Assembly (NCBI GenBank): GCA_965228895.1
Contig: OZ245842.1
Coordinates: 2,839,964-2,903,963 of the forward strand
Reading direction: 5' to 3'
Length of the DNA stretch: 64,000 nucleotides
DNA from: Alphaproteobacteria bacterium
GTDB taxonomy: Bacteria; Pseudomonadota; Alphaproteobacteria; SP197
Both the position numbers and the translations under genes were made by a program. Below are positions 31,194 through 41,271 of this stretch, in pieces (within the stretch, counting starts at the first letter, position 1; each line of letters opens with the position of its first letter). The notes beneath the pieces were generated by a model. It was not told where the DNA came from. It saw nothing but the letters and a program-made list of their open reading frames with translations, and searched no databases.

Positions 31194-31374
31194 TGATCTC
31201 AGCACACAACAAGCGTTTGTGGGCCTTGGACAGCCGACGGGTTTGCCGTCCGGCTCGACGATCGGTTGCTGTGCAGCGCATCCCGGACAGGAACACCAGA
31301 CTTGCCACGCACCTTGCGGTAGTGGTTAGGTCGTCGGCACGTCTCGGGTAGGTTGCCATCCAAGGCACCATTTT

Positions 31375-32274
31375 ATGCGTCAGTTTGGGTTCCTGGTTCT
31401 GATTGTGATCATGGGGGTTGCTTGGGGCGCCGAGTTCTCGATGCTGAAGCTCGCGCTACAGGGCGGCTATGACGAGATCACCGTCCTCACGGTTTCCCTG
31501 GGCCTGATCGCGATCGCCTACTTCGTCGTGCTGGTCGTGCGCGGCAAGGTGTTCTGGGTGACCTGGGACACCGTGGTGTTCCTGATCATCACGGCGCTCA
31601 TGGGTTATCTGATACCGCTGTTGGCGGTGCTCTATGCGGCACCCCATTTACCGGTCGGCATCATGACGTTGATCGCGTCGCTCTCGCCGGTGGTCACGGT
31701 CAGTACCGCGTTGCTGCTGCGCACCGAACTGGTCTCAGCACGCCGCGTCGCCGCCATCGCGTTGGGCACACTGGCGGCACTCCTGGTCCTGGCGCCCGAA
31801 GCCAGCCTGCCCGGCTTCGGCACCCTGCCCTGGATGTTGCTGGTCTGCCTGGTGCCGCTCAGCTACGGCGTCGAATCCATCTATGTCGCCGCGCGTTGGC
31901 CGCGCCGTCTCGACGCGTGGCAGGTCAGCTTCGGCGAAGCGCTCATGGCCTTTCTCCTGATCCTGCCGGTTTGCGTGATCTTTGGCGACACGGCGTATGA
32001 CGGCTTCACGTGGTCGATCGCGGAGACCGGCATCGTCTTGTTCGTCGTCGCCGGGTTGATCAACATCGTGCTCTATTTCTACATTATCCAGCACACCGGC
32101 GGCGTGCTCGTCTCGTTCGGCAGCTTCGTTTCGCTCTTCGCCGGCATTGCGTGGGGCATGGTGCTGTTCTCCGAAAGCCACGGGATCATGGTTTGGATCG
32201 CGGTCGCGGTTTTGATTCTGGCGTTGGTGGTCGTGGCGATGGACAGCGCCGACAAACAACGCAAAAAAGATTGA
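31375..32274 (+). CDS. DMT-superfamily (EamA-like) transporter
   Basis: 299 aa with about ten predicted helices, arranged as two EamA-like halves. Confidence 0.6.
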   Translation: MRQFGFLVLIVIMGVAWGAEFSMLKLALQGGYDEITVLTVSLGLIAIAYFVVLVVRGKVFWVTWDTVVFLIITALMGYLIPLLAVLYAAPHLPVGIMTLIASLSPVVTVSTALLLRTELVSARRVAAIALGTLAALLVLAPEASLPGFGTLPWMLLVCLVPLSYGVESIYVAARWPRRLDAWQVSFGEALMAFLLILPVCVIFGDTAYDGFTWSIAETGIVLFVVAGLINIVLYFYIIQHTGGVLVSFGSFVSLFAGIAWGMVLFSESHGIMVWIAVAVLILALVVVAMDSADKQRKKD

Positions 32275-32322
32275 GAGCCTAGACCGGACTGGCAAGAGGA
32301 CGCGGCTCGGCGCGGCGAGATC

Positions 32323-33630
32323 CTAACGCGGCGCCGCAGCCTCACCTGTTATCGGCGCGCGATAGGCCAGCGCCGGCACCAGGCGACCAATCCAGCGGAA
32401 GAGGCCATGACGTTCGATCCACTCGGCATAGGCGACATAGGTCAGGTCCTCGGAGAGGTGGCGTTCCTCGGTGCGCGCGCGCGCGACATAGATCGCGTTG
32501 ACGACGAGCAACAGGAGACAGTTGCGCAGCGCGTCCTCCCAGCTTGTCAGCGAGATGAAGGGCACGCTTAAGAGCCACCAGTAGATGTTCTTGGCGATGT
32601 AGGACGGGTGTTTGGTCCAGCGGTAGGGCCCGTTGGTCAATATGCCGCGGTGTGTCAGGTTGGAGAAGCGCAGGCCGAACGTCATGTTGGCCCAGACCCA
32701 CAGAATGTTGGCGAGCACCATGAGGCCGGCCCATGCATAGAGCAGGACGCTGTCGTCCTTCAGCCAATCCCACCAGCCGAAACCGTCGTTGTAGCTGAGG
32801 TACTGATTGGCGATGACCGACCAAAACGGTTGATAGCAAATCAGGGCGACCAGCCAGCCGATAACCAGCGGATTGACCGAGCGGATGTGGTTATCGAGCA
32901 GGCGCAGGGTCACCACATAGCCGATCGAGACAAACGCAAGATCGGCGAAGACTGCGACCTTGAAGAACCAGGCGACGGTCCCGAACGCGTTGTCGAACCC
33001 GCCGCCGACAGGATTGGTCATGACCCAGCCGATGACGTCATAGAACCCCGAGACCATCAGCGGCAGAAAGAAGGCACGAATGACCCAGCCGAGCAGAAAG
33101 GTCTTGAGCGTCTGGCCGTCACGGCCGCGCCAACGACCGAGACAAAGCCGGCCCCAGTGCCAGGCGCCGTCCTTTGGCGCCGTCATGCGCCGGTCGATCC
33201 ACACGACGTAAGGCACGGTGAGGACGACGACAAGCGGCAGGCTCCAGGTGGCGAGCGTGATGAAGGGCGCATAGAAGTCGCGGCCATAGATCGGCATCGC
33301 CCAATAGAACAGCGCGAGAAGCGCGATCATCACGCCGAGCCCAAGCAGCTTCGTCGCGACACGTGCGGTGTCTATCGGGTCTAGCGGATCGCCTGGGCTT
33401 TTGAGCCCGGCCGTTGGACGCCGGTGGACCTTGAGCACGATGAGATCGCCAAGCGCCATGGGCAGCGCGACAAGCACGAGCGCGATGGCCGTCGCCCACA
33501 GCGTCGCGACCTCCAGCCACGCCATCATCACCAGACCGGCGCTGACGGCGCCGAGCCCCGCAAGGCAGATCCAACCGTTGGTGACCGAGGCCGGCGGCGC
33601 CGCCCTACCCGTGCTGTGCTCACTGGCCAT
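32323..33630 (-). CDS. Polytopic membrane protein with C-terminal ICMT/PEMT-like methyltransferase domain
   Basis: The C-terminus carries 'NGPYRWTKHPSYIAKNIYWW...RTEERHLSEDLTYVAYAEW', matching the isoprenylcysteine / phospholipid methyltransferase signature. About 300 residues of additional helices precede it. Confidence 0.55.
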   Translation of the reverse strand: MASEHSTGRAAPPASVTNGWICLAGLGAVSAGLVMMAWLEVATLWATAIALVLVALPMALGDLIVLKVHRRPTAGLKSPGDPLDPIDTARVATKLLGLGVMIALLALFYWAMPIYGRDFYAPFITLATWSLPLVVVLTVPYVVWIDRRMTAPKDGAWHWGRLCLGRWRGRDGQTLKTFLLGWVIRAFFLPLMVSGFYDVIGWVMTNPVGGGFDNAFGTVAWFFKVAVFADLAFVSIGYVVTLRLLDNHIRSVNPLVIGWLVALICYQPFWSVIANQYLSYNDGFGWWDWLKDDSVLLYAWAGLMVLANILWVWANMTFGLRFSNLTHRGILTNGPYRWTKHPSYIAKNIYWWLLSVPFISLTSWEDALRNCLLLLVVNAIYVARARTEERHLSEDLTYVAYAEWIERHGLFRWIGRLVPALAYRAPITGEAAAPR

Positions 33631-34490
33631 GGGAGGCGCACTATCGGCAAATCGCGCAAGGCCGGAAACGCAGCGCGACGCGTGATTGGGGCGTGCAGCA
33701 CCAAGACTGGTTGTTTACTTCCGCTTTTGGCGATCATTCGGTGCAGCGCCGGAAGGTCACTCGCGCGGCGGCTTGATGTTGCTTCCGCGCCGAATCTACC
33801 CGGTCAAACGCGACAGACGCAGCCGTCGGCTTGCCGCGTCATCCCTAGCGCTCTCATCTCAACGCAAGAACGTCTTGGTGGCCTATACTTTCGAGATAAT
33901 AAACGGTGTTTACCCTCAATAGTGGTAGATTGCTTCAAAGGGTGGGCCCCATGGCCGATCGCTCCATGTCGAGGGCTGTCAGCGTTGTATGTCAACGCCT
34001 TGGAGCCATCGGCCAGTGCTCAATTGAGCGCCGAGGCTGCGCTCACGGTGAGAGCGATGGCATCGCAAATCGATAGCCTGCGAGCACGGCAGAAACGATT
34101 TGGTGGCAGAACGACCGCCGAATGCGGCCAGACTCGCGCACGACGACGTCATGACGGCATGTGATGCAATCGTGAACGTGGTTCACGACATAACGTGACG
34201 GCAATCACCATCAAAAGTGGTAGTCAATAAGTGCATAATATGTAATGAATTCGGAGAGGAAGTTACCAAAACGTCGAGCGCATGACGGTAGAAGGTAGTA
34301 CCTCATTCGTGGAAGCAATTTACAAAGTTCTTAACGCATCATTCCCTAAACGATTGCCGCTGTTTGCCAAGCCCGGCGCCTGTCGACGGGCAGGCGGAAC
34401 ACCGCTGATGGGTCTACACGAGTCGGCGGCCGCCATGTCGAAGGCGGAGGTGGCGTCATGTTGACCGACGATGCCGCCACGCGGCCTCAG

Positions 34491-35378
34491 ATGCGCGCAG
34501 CACTCGACATCACCATCCTGCGCACGCTGGTCATGATCGTCGACAGCGGCGGATTCACGCGCGCGGCCGAACGCCTGGGCATTACCCAGTCGGCGGTCAG
34601 CCTGCAGATCAAACGGCTGGAAGAAGCCACCGGCCAAAGCATGTTCGTACGCGAGGGACGCCAGGTTCACCTGACGTCGGACGGCGAGATGCTGCTGGAT
34701 TACGCGCGCGAGATCGTCCGGCTGGAGGAAGAAGCGCGGCTGCGTCTGGTTGAACCGGGCGAGCGCCGCAGCGTCAGCCTGTGGGCGACCGAGGACATCG
34801 CGACCGCGTATCTCAACAACCTGCAGGCCGCGAGCCAGCGGATCGCGCTCAACGTGCGCTCCGACAACCCGGCCAGCGTCGTCAACCAGATGGCCCAAGG
34901 CGCTTTTGACCTGGCGCTCATCAGGCGCGAGCCCGGCGCGACCCGTGGCGGCGCGTGGCGCCATGACCTCGCCTGGATCGAGCCGCTGGCCTGGATCGGT
35001 CCGGTCGGCACCAAAACCGAGGAGTTCTCCGGCCGGGTGCCGCTGATCCTGCCGTCGCCGCCCAGCATCGCGCGCCAGCGCATGCTGGACCTTGTCGAAC
35101 GCGAGCGTCCGGCCTGGCGCATCGTGTTGTCGACAACCAGCCTGTCGATGCGCCTGGAAGCGGTTCGCCGCGGCCTCGGTGTCAGCATCGCGCCGCGCCA
35201 CACGGTGCCCGCCGACCTTTCCGTGCTGGAGGATATGCCGCCGATCACGGTGCCGGCGCTGCTCGCCATGGCACGTTCGCGCAATTCGATCAGCAACGAA
35301 GCGCGGCGCATCGAGGAGATGATCGTTGCCCTGCTCGATCAGCGGCTGATGCGCGACCGCCGGCTAAAAGAAAGCTGA
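34491..35378 (+). CDS. LysR-family transcriptional regulator
   Basis: The helix-turn-helix is 'LRTLVMIVDSGGFTRAAERLGITQSAVSLQIKRLEE'. The ORF opens at 34458; the internal Met was chosen as the start. Confidence 0.8.
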   Translation: MRAALDITILRTLVMIVDSGGFTRAAERLGITQSAVSLQIKRLEEATGQSMFVREGRQVHLTSDGEMLLDYAREIVRLEEEARLRLVEPGERRSVSLWATEDIATAYLNNLQAASQRIALNVRSDNPASVVNQMAQGAFDLALIRREPGATRGGAWRHDLAWIEPLAWIGPVGTKTEEFSGRVPLILPSPPSIARQRMLDLVERERPAWRIVLSTTSLSMRLEAVRRGLGVSIAPRHTVPADLSVLEDMPPITVPALLAMARSRNSISNEARRIEEMIVALLDQRLMRDRRLKES

Positions 35379-35391
35379 GCGCACCAATCCA

Positions 35392-36840
35392 CTAGTCGCC
35401 CATGGGGATGGCCGGCGGTGCGATATCCAACGCGCCGCCGCCGCTCCAATGGCGCTCACCGACGCCGGCATCGCTACGGATCTGCGCGGCTTCAAGGCCG
35501 GTGAGCGCGCCTTCGTAGTCCAGACCCAGCACCCTTCCCTCCTCGACCACCTTTTGGCCGTCGACATAGACCGCCGAGATCGGGCGTTCGAGCGCATGGA
35601 ACAACAGGCAGCGCAGCGGATCGCGCGCCGGTCGCATCGACGGATGGTCGAGGTTCACCGTCACCAAGTCAGCGCGGGCGCCGGGTGCCAGCCGGCCAAT
35701 ATCATCGCGGCCAAGCGCACGGGCGCCACCGATCGTCGCGGCCTCGAACACATCCGCGGTCACGGTGGCGTCCAGATTGGCGTCGGCTGCCTTGGCCAGA
35801 ACACAGGCCCAGCGCATCTCATCCAGCATGTTGTGGGGCGTCGTATCGGTACCGATTACCATGTTTACCCCGGCGCGCCGGTAGGCCCCGAAGCTTTCCA
35901 GGATGGCGCCGTAGCGCGCGAACGGCGTCGGACAATGGGCGACGGTGACGCCGGCATCTGCCATCAGGTCCAGGTCCTCGCGGGTGTGCCAGCGCACCCA
36001 GCTATGGGTGTCGATGTAGATCGCGTGCGCCAGGATGGTGCGCGGACCCAACAGCTCGAGATCGGCCAGGAATCGCACCGGCGACACGCCATGGCGGCGC
36101 CGGATCTCCTGCACTTCCTGAACGCTCTCCGAGATATGCATATGAAAGCGCCAGTCGCGCGCCTGACATAGGTCCATGGTTTCGCGCAGCAAGTCGGGCG
36201 AACAGGTGTCGCTGGTCGCCGGTGACGGCATGCCGCCCAACCGGCCGCACGGATGCGCCTCGGCCGCTTCGATCACCGCGATCGCGGCCGCCATATCGGC
36301 GGCGCCATCGTCGGTCCTCCAGTCATAGATGACCTCGCGGCCATTCTCCGAATGCCAACCGGCCGAGCCATACATCGGCGCGGCATAGGCACGCGCGCCG
36401 CTTGCGGCCATCAAATCGACCCAGCCGTCAAACGGGTGGCTCAGGTCGACAAAGGTGGTAACGCCCGACAGCAGCATCTCGGTATAGGCGACGGCGGCGG
36501 AATGCGGTTCGCCTTCCGCGTCCGTGGTGAACACGGCCTTGGCGTCATAGAGACCGCTCCACCAGAGCTCGGGGTTGCCGAGCTCCTCGACGATGCCTTT
36601 GTAGAGCGGCTGGGACGTCGGGTGACTATGCAGGTCGACCAGTCCGGGCATGACAAAAAGGTTACGGCCATCGACCTGGTGCGCGACATCGCCCTCGTAG
36701 CGGCCGCCGACCTGGATGAGTTCGCCACCGCGGAACGCGACATCGCCGCCGCGCAGATAGGTGTGCCGCCGATGATCGACGTCCCACGCGGCGATCCAGG
36801 CCGCATTCTTGATGACCGTGACCTCGTCGAGCTCATTCAT
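35392..36840 (-). CDS. Amidohydrolase, TRZ/ATZ (chlorohydrolase / MTA-SAH deaminase-like) family
   Basis: The start is trimmed to 'MNELDEV'. Metal ligands include 'LVDLHSHP', 'HMHISES' and 'VNMVIGTDTTP' (an HxH pair, then His and Asp). Confidence 0.75.
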   Translation of the reverse strand: MNELDEVTVIKNAAWIAAWDVDHRRHTYLRGGDVAFRGGELIQVGGRYEGDVAHQVDGRNLFVMPGLVDLHSHPTSQPLYKGIVEELGNPELWWSGLYDAKAVFTTDAEGEPHSAAVAYTEMLLSGVTTFVDLSHPFDGWVDLMAASGARAYAAPMYGSAGWHSENGREVIYDWRTDDGAADMAAAIAVIEAAEAHPCGRLGGMPSPATSDTCSPDLLRETMDLCQARDWRFHMHISESVQEVQEIRRRHGVSPVRFLADLELLGPRTILAHAIYIDTHSWVRWHTREDLDLMADAGVTVAHCPTPFARYGAILESFGAYRRAGVNMVIGTDTTPHNMLDEMRWACVLAKAADANLDATVTADVFEAATIGGARALGRDDIGRLAPGARADLVTVNLDHPSMRPARDPLRCLLFHALERPISAVYVDGQKVVEEGRVLGLDYEGALTGLEAAQIRSDAGVGERHWSGGGALDIAPPAIPMGD

Positions 36841-37004
36841 GACGGCGGCACTCCCGCAGTTCGGCGTTTTCAACAGGCTAGGATCTTTTTGACAGTCTTG
36901 GAAACGCCAGCGCCGCTGCCCACAGGGAAATGCGTTGGTGCGGCGCACTTGGCGGCCTAGGATCAAGTGACTGAAGACCGATAGACCGCCAGGATCCGGC
37001 AGGC

Positions 37005-38141
37005 ATGGCAACAGTGAGACACTTCTCCCGCATCATCGACCGCATGGCAGGCGGTCGCGCCGTCGACCGCCGCGACCTCATGCAGGCGATGACCGCACTC
37101 GGGCTTGGCGTTGCCGCCATGCCGCTGGTTCCAAGACGCGCCGATGCCCAGAACGTCGTGGCTTACTTCACCTGGTCCGGTTACGAGGTACGCGAGCTTC
37201 ACCCAGGCTTCATCGAGACCTATGGCGAGGGCAGTGTCGCCGCGACGTTTTTCGGCAGCGAGGAAGAAGCACTCTCCAAACTGCGGCGCGACTACCGGGC
37301 CGACATCGCTCACCCGTGCAGTTACTCCATGCCGCATTGGATCGACGCCGGTGTTGCCGGCCCGGTCGACGTGACCCGTCTCAGCAATTGGCCGGACTTG
37401 TTCGCGCACCTGCGCGAGTTACCCGATACCATGCGCGACGGCGAACATTACCTGGTGCCGTTCGACTGGGGCACCTCGTCGGTGCTCTACCGGTCCGACC
37501 TGGTCGACCCGAAATATGTCGACGATCCGACCTGGGGCATTCTGTTCGACGAGACCTATGCCGGGCGCCTGGCGATGTACGACACGTCGGTCATGGTTGA
37601 TGTCGCGATGCTGGTGAACGGCCACCATGACATCGCCTCGTTCACCGATGCGCAACTGGAAGAGGCCCGGCCCTTACTCGAAAAAGGCGACAGCCTGTTT
37701 CGCTTCTATTGGACCGACCCGACGGAGGTCACGCGCGATCTGGCCTCAGGCGACCTGGTCGCCGCCTATGCCTGGAACGGCATGACCAAACCGCTCGTCG
37801 AACAAGGCGTGCCGGTCACCTACATGAACCCGAAAGAAGGTCAGTTCACGTGGGTCTGCGGTTTGACCATCGACCCACGCAGCCAGGCCGACCCGGCGAT
37901 GGTCTATGCGTTCATCGACGCCATGATCTCGCCGGAAGCCGGGGTCTACGAAATCGAGGTCTATGATTACGGCCACGCCAACATGAAGGCGTTCGAGCTG
38001 GCCTCGCCTGACGCCTTGACGCGCCTCGGCTTCACCGATCCCAAGGCGGTCATCGACCAGGGCAACTTCATCCCTGCCCTGCCCGCCGATCTCGAAGCGA
38101 AGATCAACACGCTGGCCGACGAGATCAAAGCCGGCCTTTAA
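37005..38141 (+). CDS. Periplasmic solute-binding protein (PotD/PotF-like), Tat-exported; orphan paralog 3
   Basis: Carries 'RRDLMQAMTALGLGVAAMPLV' and shares 'FTWSGYEV' and 'DTSVMVDVAMLVNG' with paralogs 1 and 2. The start may instead be at 37044. Confidence 0.65.
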   Translation: MATVRHFSRIIDRMAGGRAVDRRDLMQAMTALGLGVAAMPLVPRRADAQNVVAYFTWSGYEVRELHPGFIETYGEGSVAATFFGSEEEALSKLRRDYRADIAHPCSYSMPHWIDAGVAGPVDVTRLSNWPDLFAHLRELPDTMRDGEHYLVPFDWGTSSVLYRSDLVDPKYVDDPTWGILFDETYAGRLAMYDTSVMVDVAMLVNGHHDIASFTDAQLEEARPLLEKGDSLFRFYWTDPTEVTRDLASGDLVAAYAWNGMTKPLVEQGVPVTYMNPKEGQFTWVCGLTIDPRSQADPAMVYAFIDAMISPEAGVYEIEVYDYGHANMKAFELASPDALTRLGFTDPKAVIDQGNFIPALPADLEAKINTLADEIKAGL

Positions 38142-38158
38142 CGTTCTGAGAGGGTTTC

Positions 38159-38554
38159 ATGATGTTGAAGGGGACTTGCCTTTGCGGCGCGGTGCGCCTT
38201 GAGGTCAGCGGACAGCTGGAACGCCTGCCCGAAGCGTGCCACTGCTCCCAATGCCGCAAGCAGTCAGGTCACTTTCTTGCAGCCGTCAACGTGCGGCGCA
38301 CGGAACTGTCGATTCTCGGCGGCGACAAGGTCACCTGGTATCGGTCGTCCGACAAGGTGCAACGTGGATTCTGCTCCGTCTGCGGATCGTCCCTGTTCTG
38401 GAACCCCACGATTGAGGGCTACGAATACACGGCTGTGGCAATGGGATTGTTCGATTCGCCAACCGGCAGCCGTATCGCCAAGCACACTTTTGTCGCTGAC
38501 AAAGGCGACTACTACGACCTCGATGACGACATCCCCCAAAGCGAGAGCTACTGA
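38159..38554 (+). CDS. GFA-family protein (glutathione-dependent formaldehyde-activating / CENP-V-like Zn-binding)
   Basis: The Cys ligands are 'CLCGAV', 'CHCSQC' and 'CSVCGSSLF'. Confidence 0.7.
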   Translation: MMLKGTCLCGAVRLEVSGQLERLPEACHCSQCRKQSGHFLAAVNVRRTELSILGGDKVTWYRSSDKVQRGFCSVCGSSLFWNPTIEGYEYTAVAMGLFDSPTGSRIAKHTFVADKGDYYDLDDDIPQSESY

Positions 38555-38597
38555 GTCGATCATCATTGGACATTCGCCCCGAGCCCGGCTATCCGGG

Positions 38598-38737
38598 TTA
38601 GAGCAGATCCTGTTTTGATGAAATCGCTTCGCGATGCCAGCAAAGCAGGTGAATCTGCTCTACTCATAGATAGAGAGCGGATTCACATGGTTAGGTGGAA
38701 CCGCCAAACGGTTCCACCTAACCATGATCCGCTCTAG
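38598..38737 (+). repeat. ~140-bp structured intergenic repeat element, copy B
   Basis: Same orientation and architecture as copy A. Compensatory changes preserve each hairpin: CCTGT...ACAGG here versus CCCGT...ACGGG in A, and TTAGGTGGAACCG...CGGTTCCACCTAA here versus GGGGG/CCCCC in A. Confidence 0.7.
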
Positions 38738-38764
38738 GCCGCATTCTTGCAGGAGCACAAACCC

Positions 38765-40078
38765 ATGGCTGCGTTAGCGATCGACCTGTTGCCCAAGGTT
38801 GCCTGGGGCAAGGGCATGTACATCTACGACACCGACGGCAAGCGTTACCTCGACGGATCCGGCGGGCCGGCGACTTTCTGTCTGGGCCATGGCAACGAAG
38901 AGGTCAACGCAGCGATCAAGGAACAGCTTGACCGCATCGCGTTTGGCTACCGCCATCACTTCCGCAGCGATGCCGCCGAGGAACTGCAAGACATCATTAC
39001 CGAACGCGGCGGCGGCAACCTGAAGCACTGCATCTTCACCACCGGCGGCTCGGAATCGACGGAGTCGTGTCTGAAACTGGCGCTGCAGTATCACGCGGCG
39101 CGCGGCGACATGTCACGCCGCCGCTTCATTTCGCGGCAGCGAAGCTGGCACGGCAACACGCTGGGCGCGCTCTCGGTCTCCGGCTTCCTTGCGCGTCAGG
39201 AACCTTACTTCGGCTCGTTGCTGGAAGTGAGCCACCTGTCGCCGGTCAACACCTATCGCCCGCCCGAGGGTGTCGCGCCGGAAGACGTAGCCGAATACTG
39301 TGCCAATGAGTTGGAAGATGAGATCCTGCGGCTCGGCGCCGACAAGGTTGCGGCCTTCATCTTCGAGCCGGTGGTCGGTGCCGCCGGCGGTGCTGTGCCG
39401 GCGCCTGACGGTTATGCCAAGCGTATCCGCGAGATCTGCGATCGCCATGGCGTCTTAATGATCTCCGATGAAGTGATGTGCGGCGTCGGACGCTGCGGCA
39501 CGTGGCGCGCCTTGGAGCATGACGGGGTCGAGCCGGACATCATGGCGATTGCCAAGGGCCTGGGCGGCGGTTATCTGCCCCTGGGTGCAGCGGTCTATAC
39601 CGACAAGGTCGCCGAGCCGATCAACCGGGTGCACGGCATGCCGATCACCGGCCATACCTTCACCGCCCACACGACGGCGTGCGCGGCCGGCGTCGCGGTG
39701 CAGAAGATCATGATTCGCGACGGTCTGGTCGACCGTGTCGCCGAAGAAGGTCAATACCTGCGAGACCAACTGGAGTCGGCGCTCGGGCAGAACCCCCATG
39801 TCGGCAACATTCGCGGCCGTGGATTTTTCCAGGGCGTTGAATTGGTCGAAGACCGCGAAACCAAAGAGCCGTTCGCGCCGGAGCATAAGATGTTCTTCCG
39901 CGTCATGCAGGAATCGGTCGAAGGCGGTTTGATCTGTTATCCGACCGGTGGCAACGTGGACGGTGTCAAAGGCGACCAGATCATCATCGCGCCGGCTTAT
40001 AACGCCACCCGTGACGAACTGGACGAGATCGTGAGCCTGCTGGTTCCGGCCATCGACCGGGCCGTCGCCTCGATTTAG
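38765..40078 (+). CDS. Class III (omega) aminotransferase
   Basis: The start is placed at 'MAALAIDLL' with an AGGAG ribosome-binding site 10 nt upstream; the ORF opens at 38747. The PLP-binding region is 'ISDEVMCGVGRCGT' with Lys in 'AIAKGLGGGYLPLGA'. Confidence 0.8.
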   Translation: MAALAIDLLPKVAWGKGMYIYDTDGKRYLDGSGGPATFCLGHGNEEVNAAIKEQLDRIAFGYRHHFRSDAAEELQDIITERGGGNLKHCIFTTGGSESTESCLKLALQYHAARGDMSRRRFISRQRSWHGNTLGALSVSGFLARQEPYFGSLLEVSHLSPVNTYRPPEGVAPEDVAEYCANELEDEILRLGADKVAAFIFEPVVGAAGGAVPAPDGYAKRIREICDRHGVLMISDEVMCGVGRCGTWRALEHDGVEPDIMAIAKGLGGGYLPLGAAVYTDKVAEPINRVHGMPITGHTFTAHTTACAAGVAVQKIMIRDGLVDRVAEEGQYLRDQLESALGQNPHVGNIRGRGFFQGVELVEDRETKEPFAPEHKMFFRVMQESVEGGLICYPTGGNVDGVKGDQIIIAPAYNATRDELDEIVSLLVPAIDRAVASI

Positions 40079-40186
40079 GCGGTATGGCGTATCGTCGACA
40101 TCACCGGTAACGCGTAAACAAATCAAACACACGCTCTCACGAAGCCTTGACTGGACGGTGTTCGGCTAAGTTTTCACCCTATTGCC

Positions 40187-41179
40187 ATGCGGGATTGGTG
40201 GCCACGTCGACGACTTGAACTAGCCGCGCTGTGTTTGGCCGGCCTGCTTCTGACCGGCACGGTCCAGGCGCAGCCGTCCGACTGGCTGTGGGAGTGGACG
40301 GAGACGGACTTCGACACCACGTCGATCTCGTTCGACGAGATCCTCTCCGGTGGCCCGCCCAAGGACGGCATTCCATCGATCGACGACCCGGTGTTTGAAC
40401 CGGTCGCCGACGCTGACCTGCCCGACAACGAACCCATGCTGACGGTCGAGGTCGACGGTCAAGCACGCGCCTATCCGCTGCGCATCTTGATGTGGCATGA
40501 AATCGTCAACGACGAGATCGCTGGCACGCCGCTGACCATCACGTTCTGTCCGCTGTGCAACACCGGCATCGTGTTTCACCGCGATGTCGATGGTCAGATG
40601 CTGGACTTCGGCACCACGGGCAAGCTGCGCAATTCCGACCTCGTCATGTACGACCGCCAGACCGAGAGCTGGTGGCAACAGTTCACCGGCGAGGCAATCG
40701 TGGGGGCCATGACGGGAACGCGCCTGGTGCCCTACCCGTCGCGCCTGGAATCACTCGCGCTGTTCAAAGAACGTTTTCCGTCCGGCGAGATTCTGGTGCC
40801 GTCGAACGACGGGTCACGCCGCTATGGCCAGAACCCCTATGTCGGTTATGACAGTCGATCGGAACCTTACGGTTTCTTTGACGGCGATTTGCCGGAAGGC
40901 ATCGCGCCACTGGCGCGCGTGATCCGGGTTGGCGACAAGGCATGGTCACTCGATTTGCTACGCCAGGAAAAGCGCCTGGAGGATGGCGACATCGTGATCA
41001 CCTGGGAACCCGGCCAGGCGTCCGCGCTCGATAGCGCAACAATCGCGTCGGGTTTCGATGTCGGCAACGTGGTGGTGCAGCGCCAGACGGAGAATGGCTG
41101 GGTCGACGAGGTCTACACGGTCGACTTCGCCTTTGCCTTTCACGCCTTCTATCCGGACTCCGTCATCACGACGCAGTAG
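40187..41179 (+). CDS. DUF3179-family secreted protein
   Basis: A signal peptide is followed by 'KDGIPSIDDPVF' and 'YPLRILMWHEIVND', which are characteristic of DUF3179. Confidence 0.55.
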   Translation: MRDWWPRRRLELAALCLAGLLLTGTVQAQPSDWLWEWTETDFDTTSISFDEILSGGPPKDGIPSIDDPVFEPVADADLPDNEPMLTVEVDGQARAYPLRILMWHEIVNDEIAGTPLTITFCPLCNTGIVFHRDVDGQMLDFGTTGKLRNSDLVMYDRQTESWWQQFTGEAIVGAMTGTRLVPYPSRLESLALFKERFPSGEILVPSNDGSRRYGQNPYVGYDSRSEPYGFFDGDLPEGIAPLARVIRVGDKAWSLDLLRQEKRLEDGDIVITWEPGQASALDSATIASGFDVGNVVVQRQTENGWVDEVYTVDFAFAFHAFYPDSVITTQ

Positions 41180-41271
41180 TCGGCGTGCCTCCCTGTCAAA
41201 CAACACTCGATTGCCGGTGGCTGGCGATCTAGTCTTTGGTGGTTCGACTGCCGCCAAGAACCGAGACTGCC

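Noticed and set aside
31066-31371. ORFs 31066..31371(-) and 31075..31329(+).
   Set aside because: Both overlap the tRNA-Pro gene and its flanks. They are spurious.
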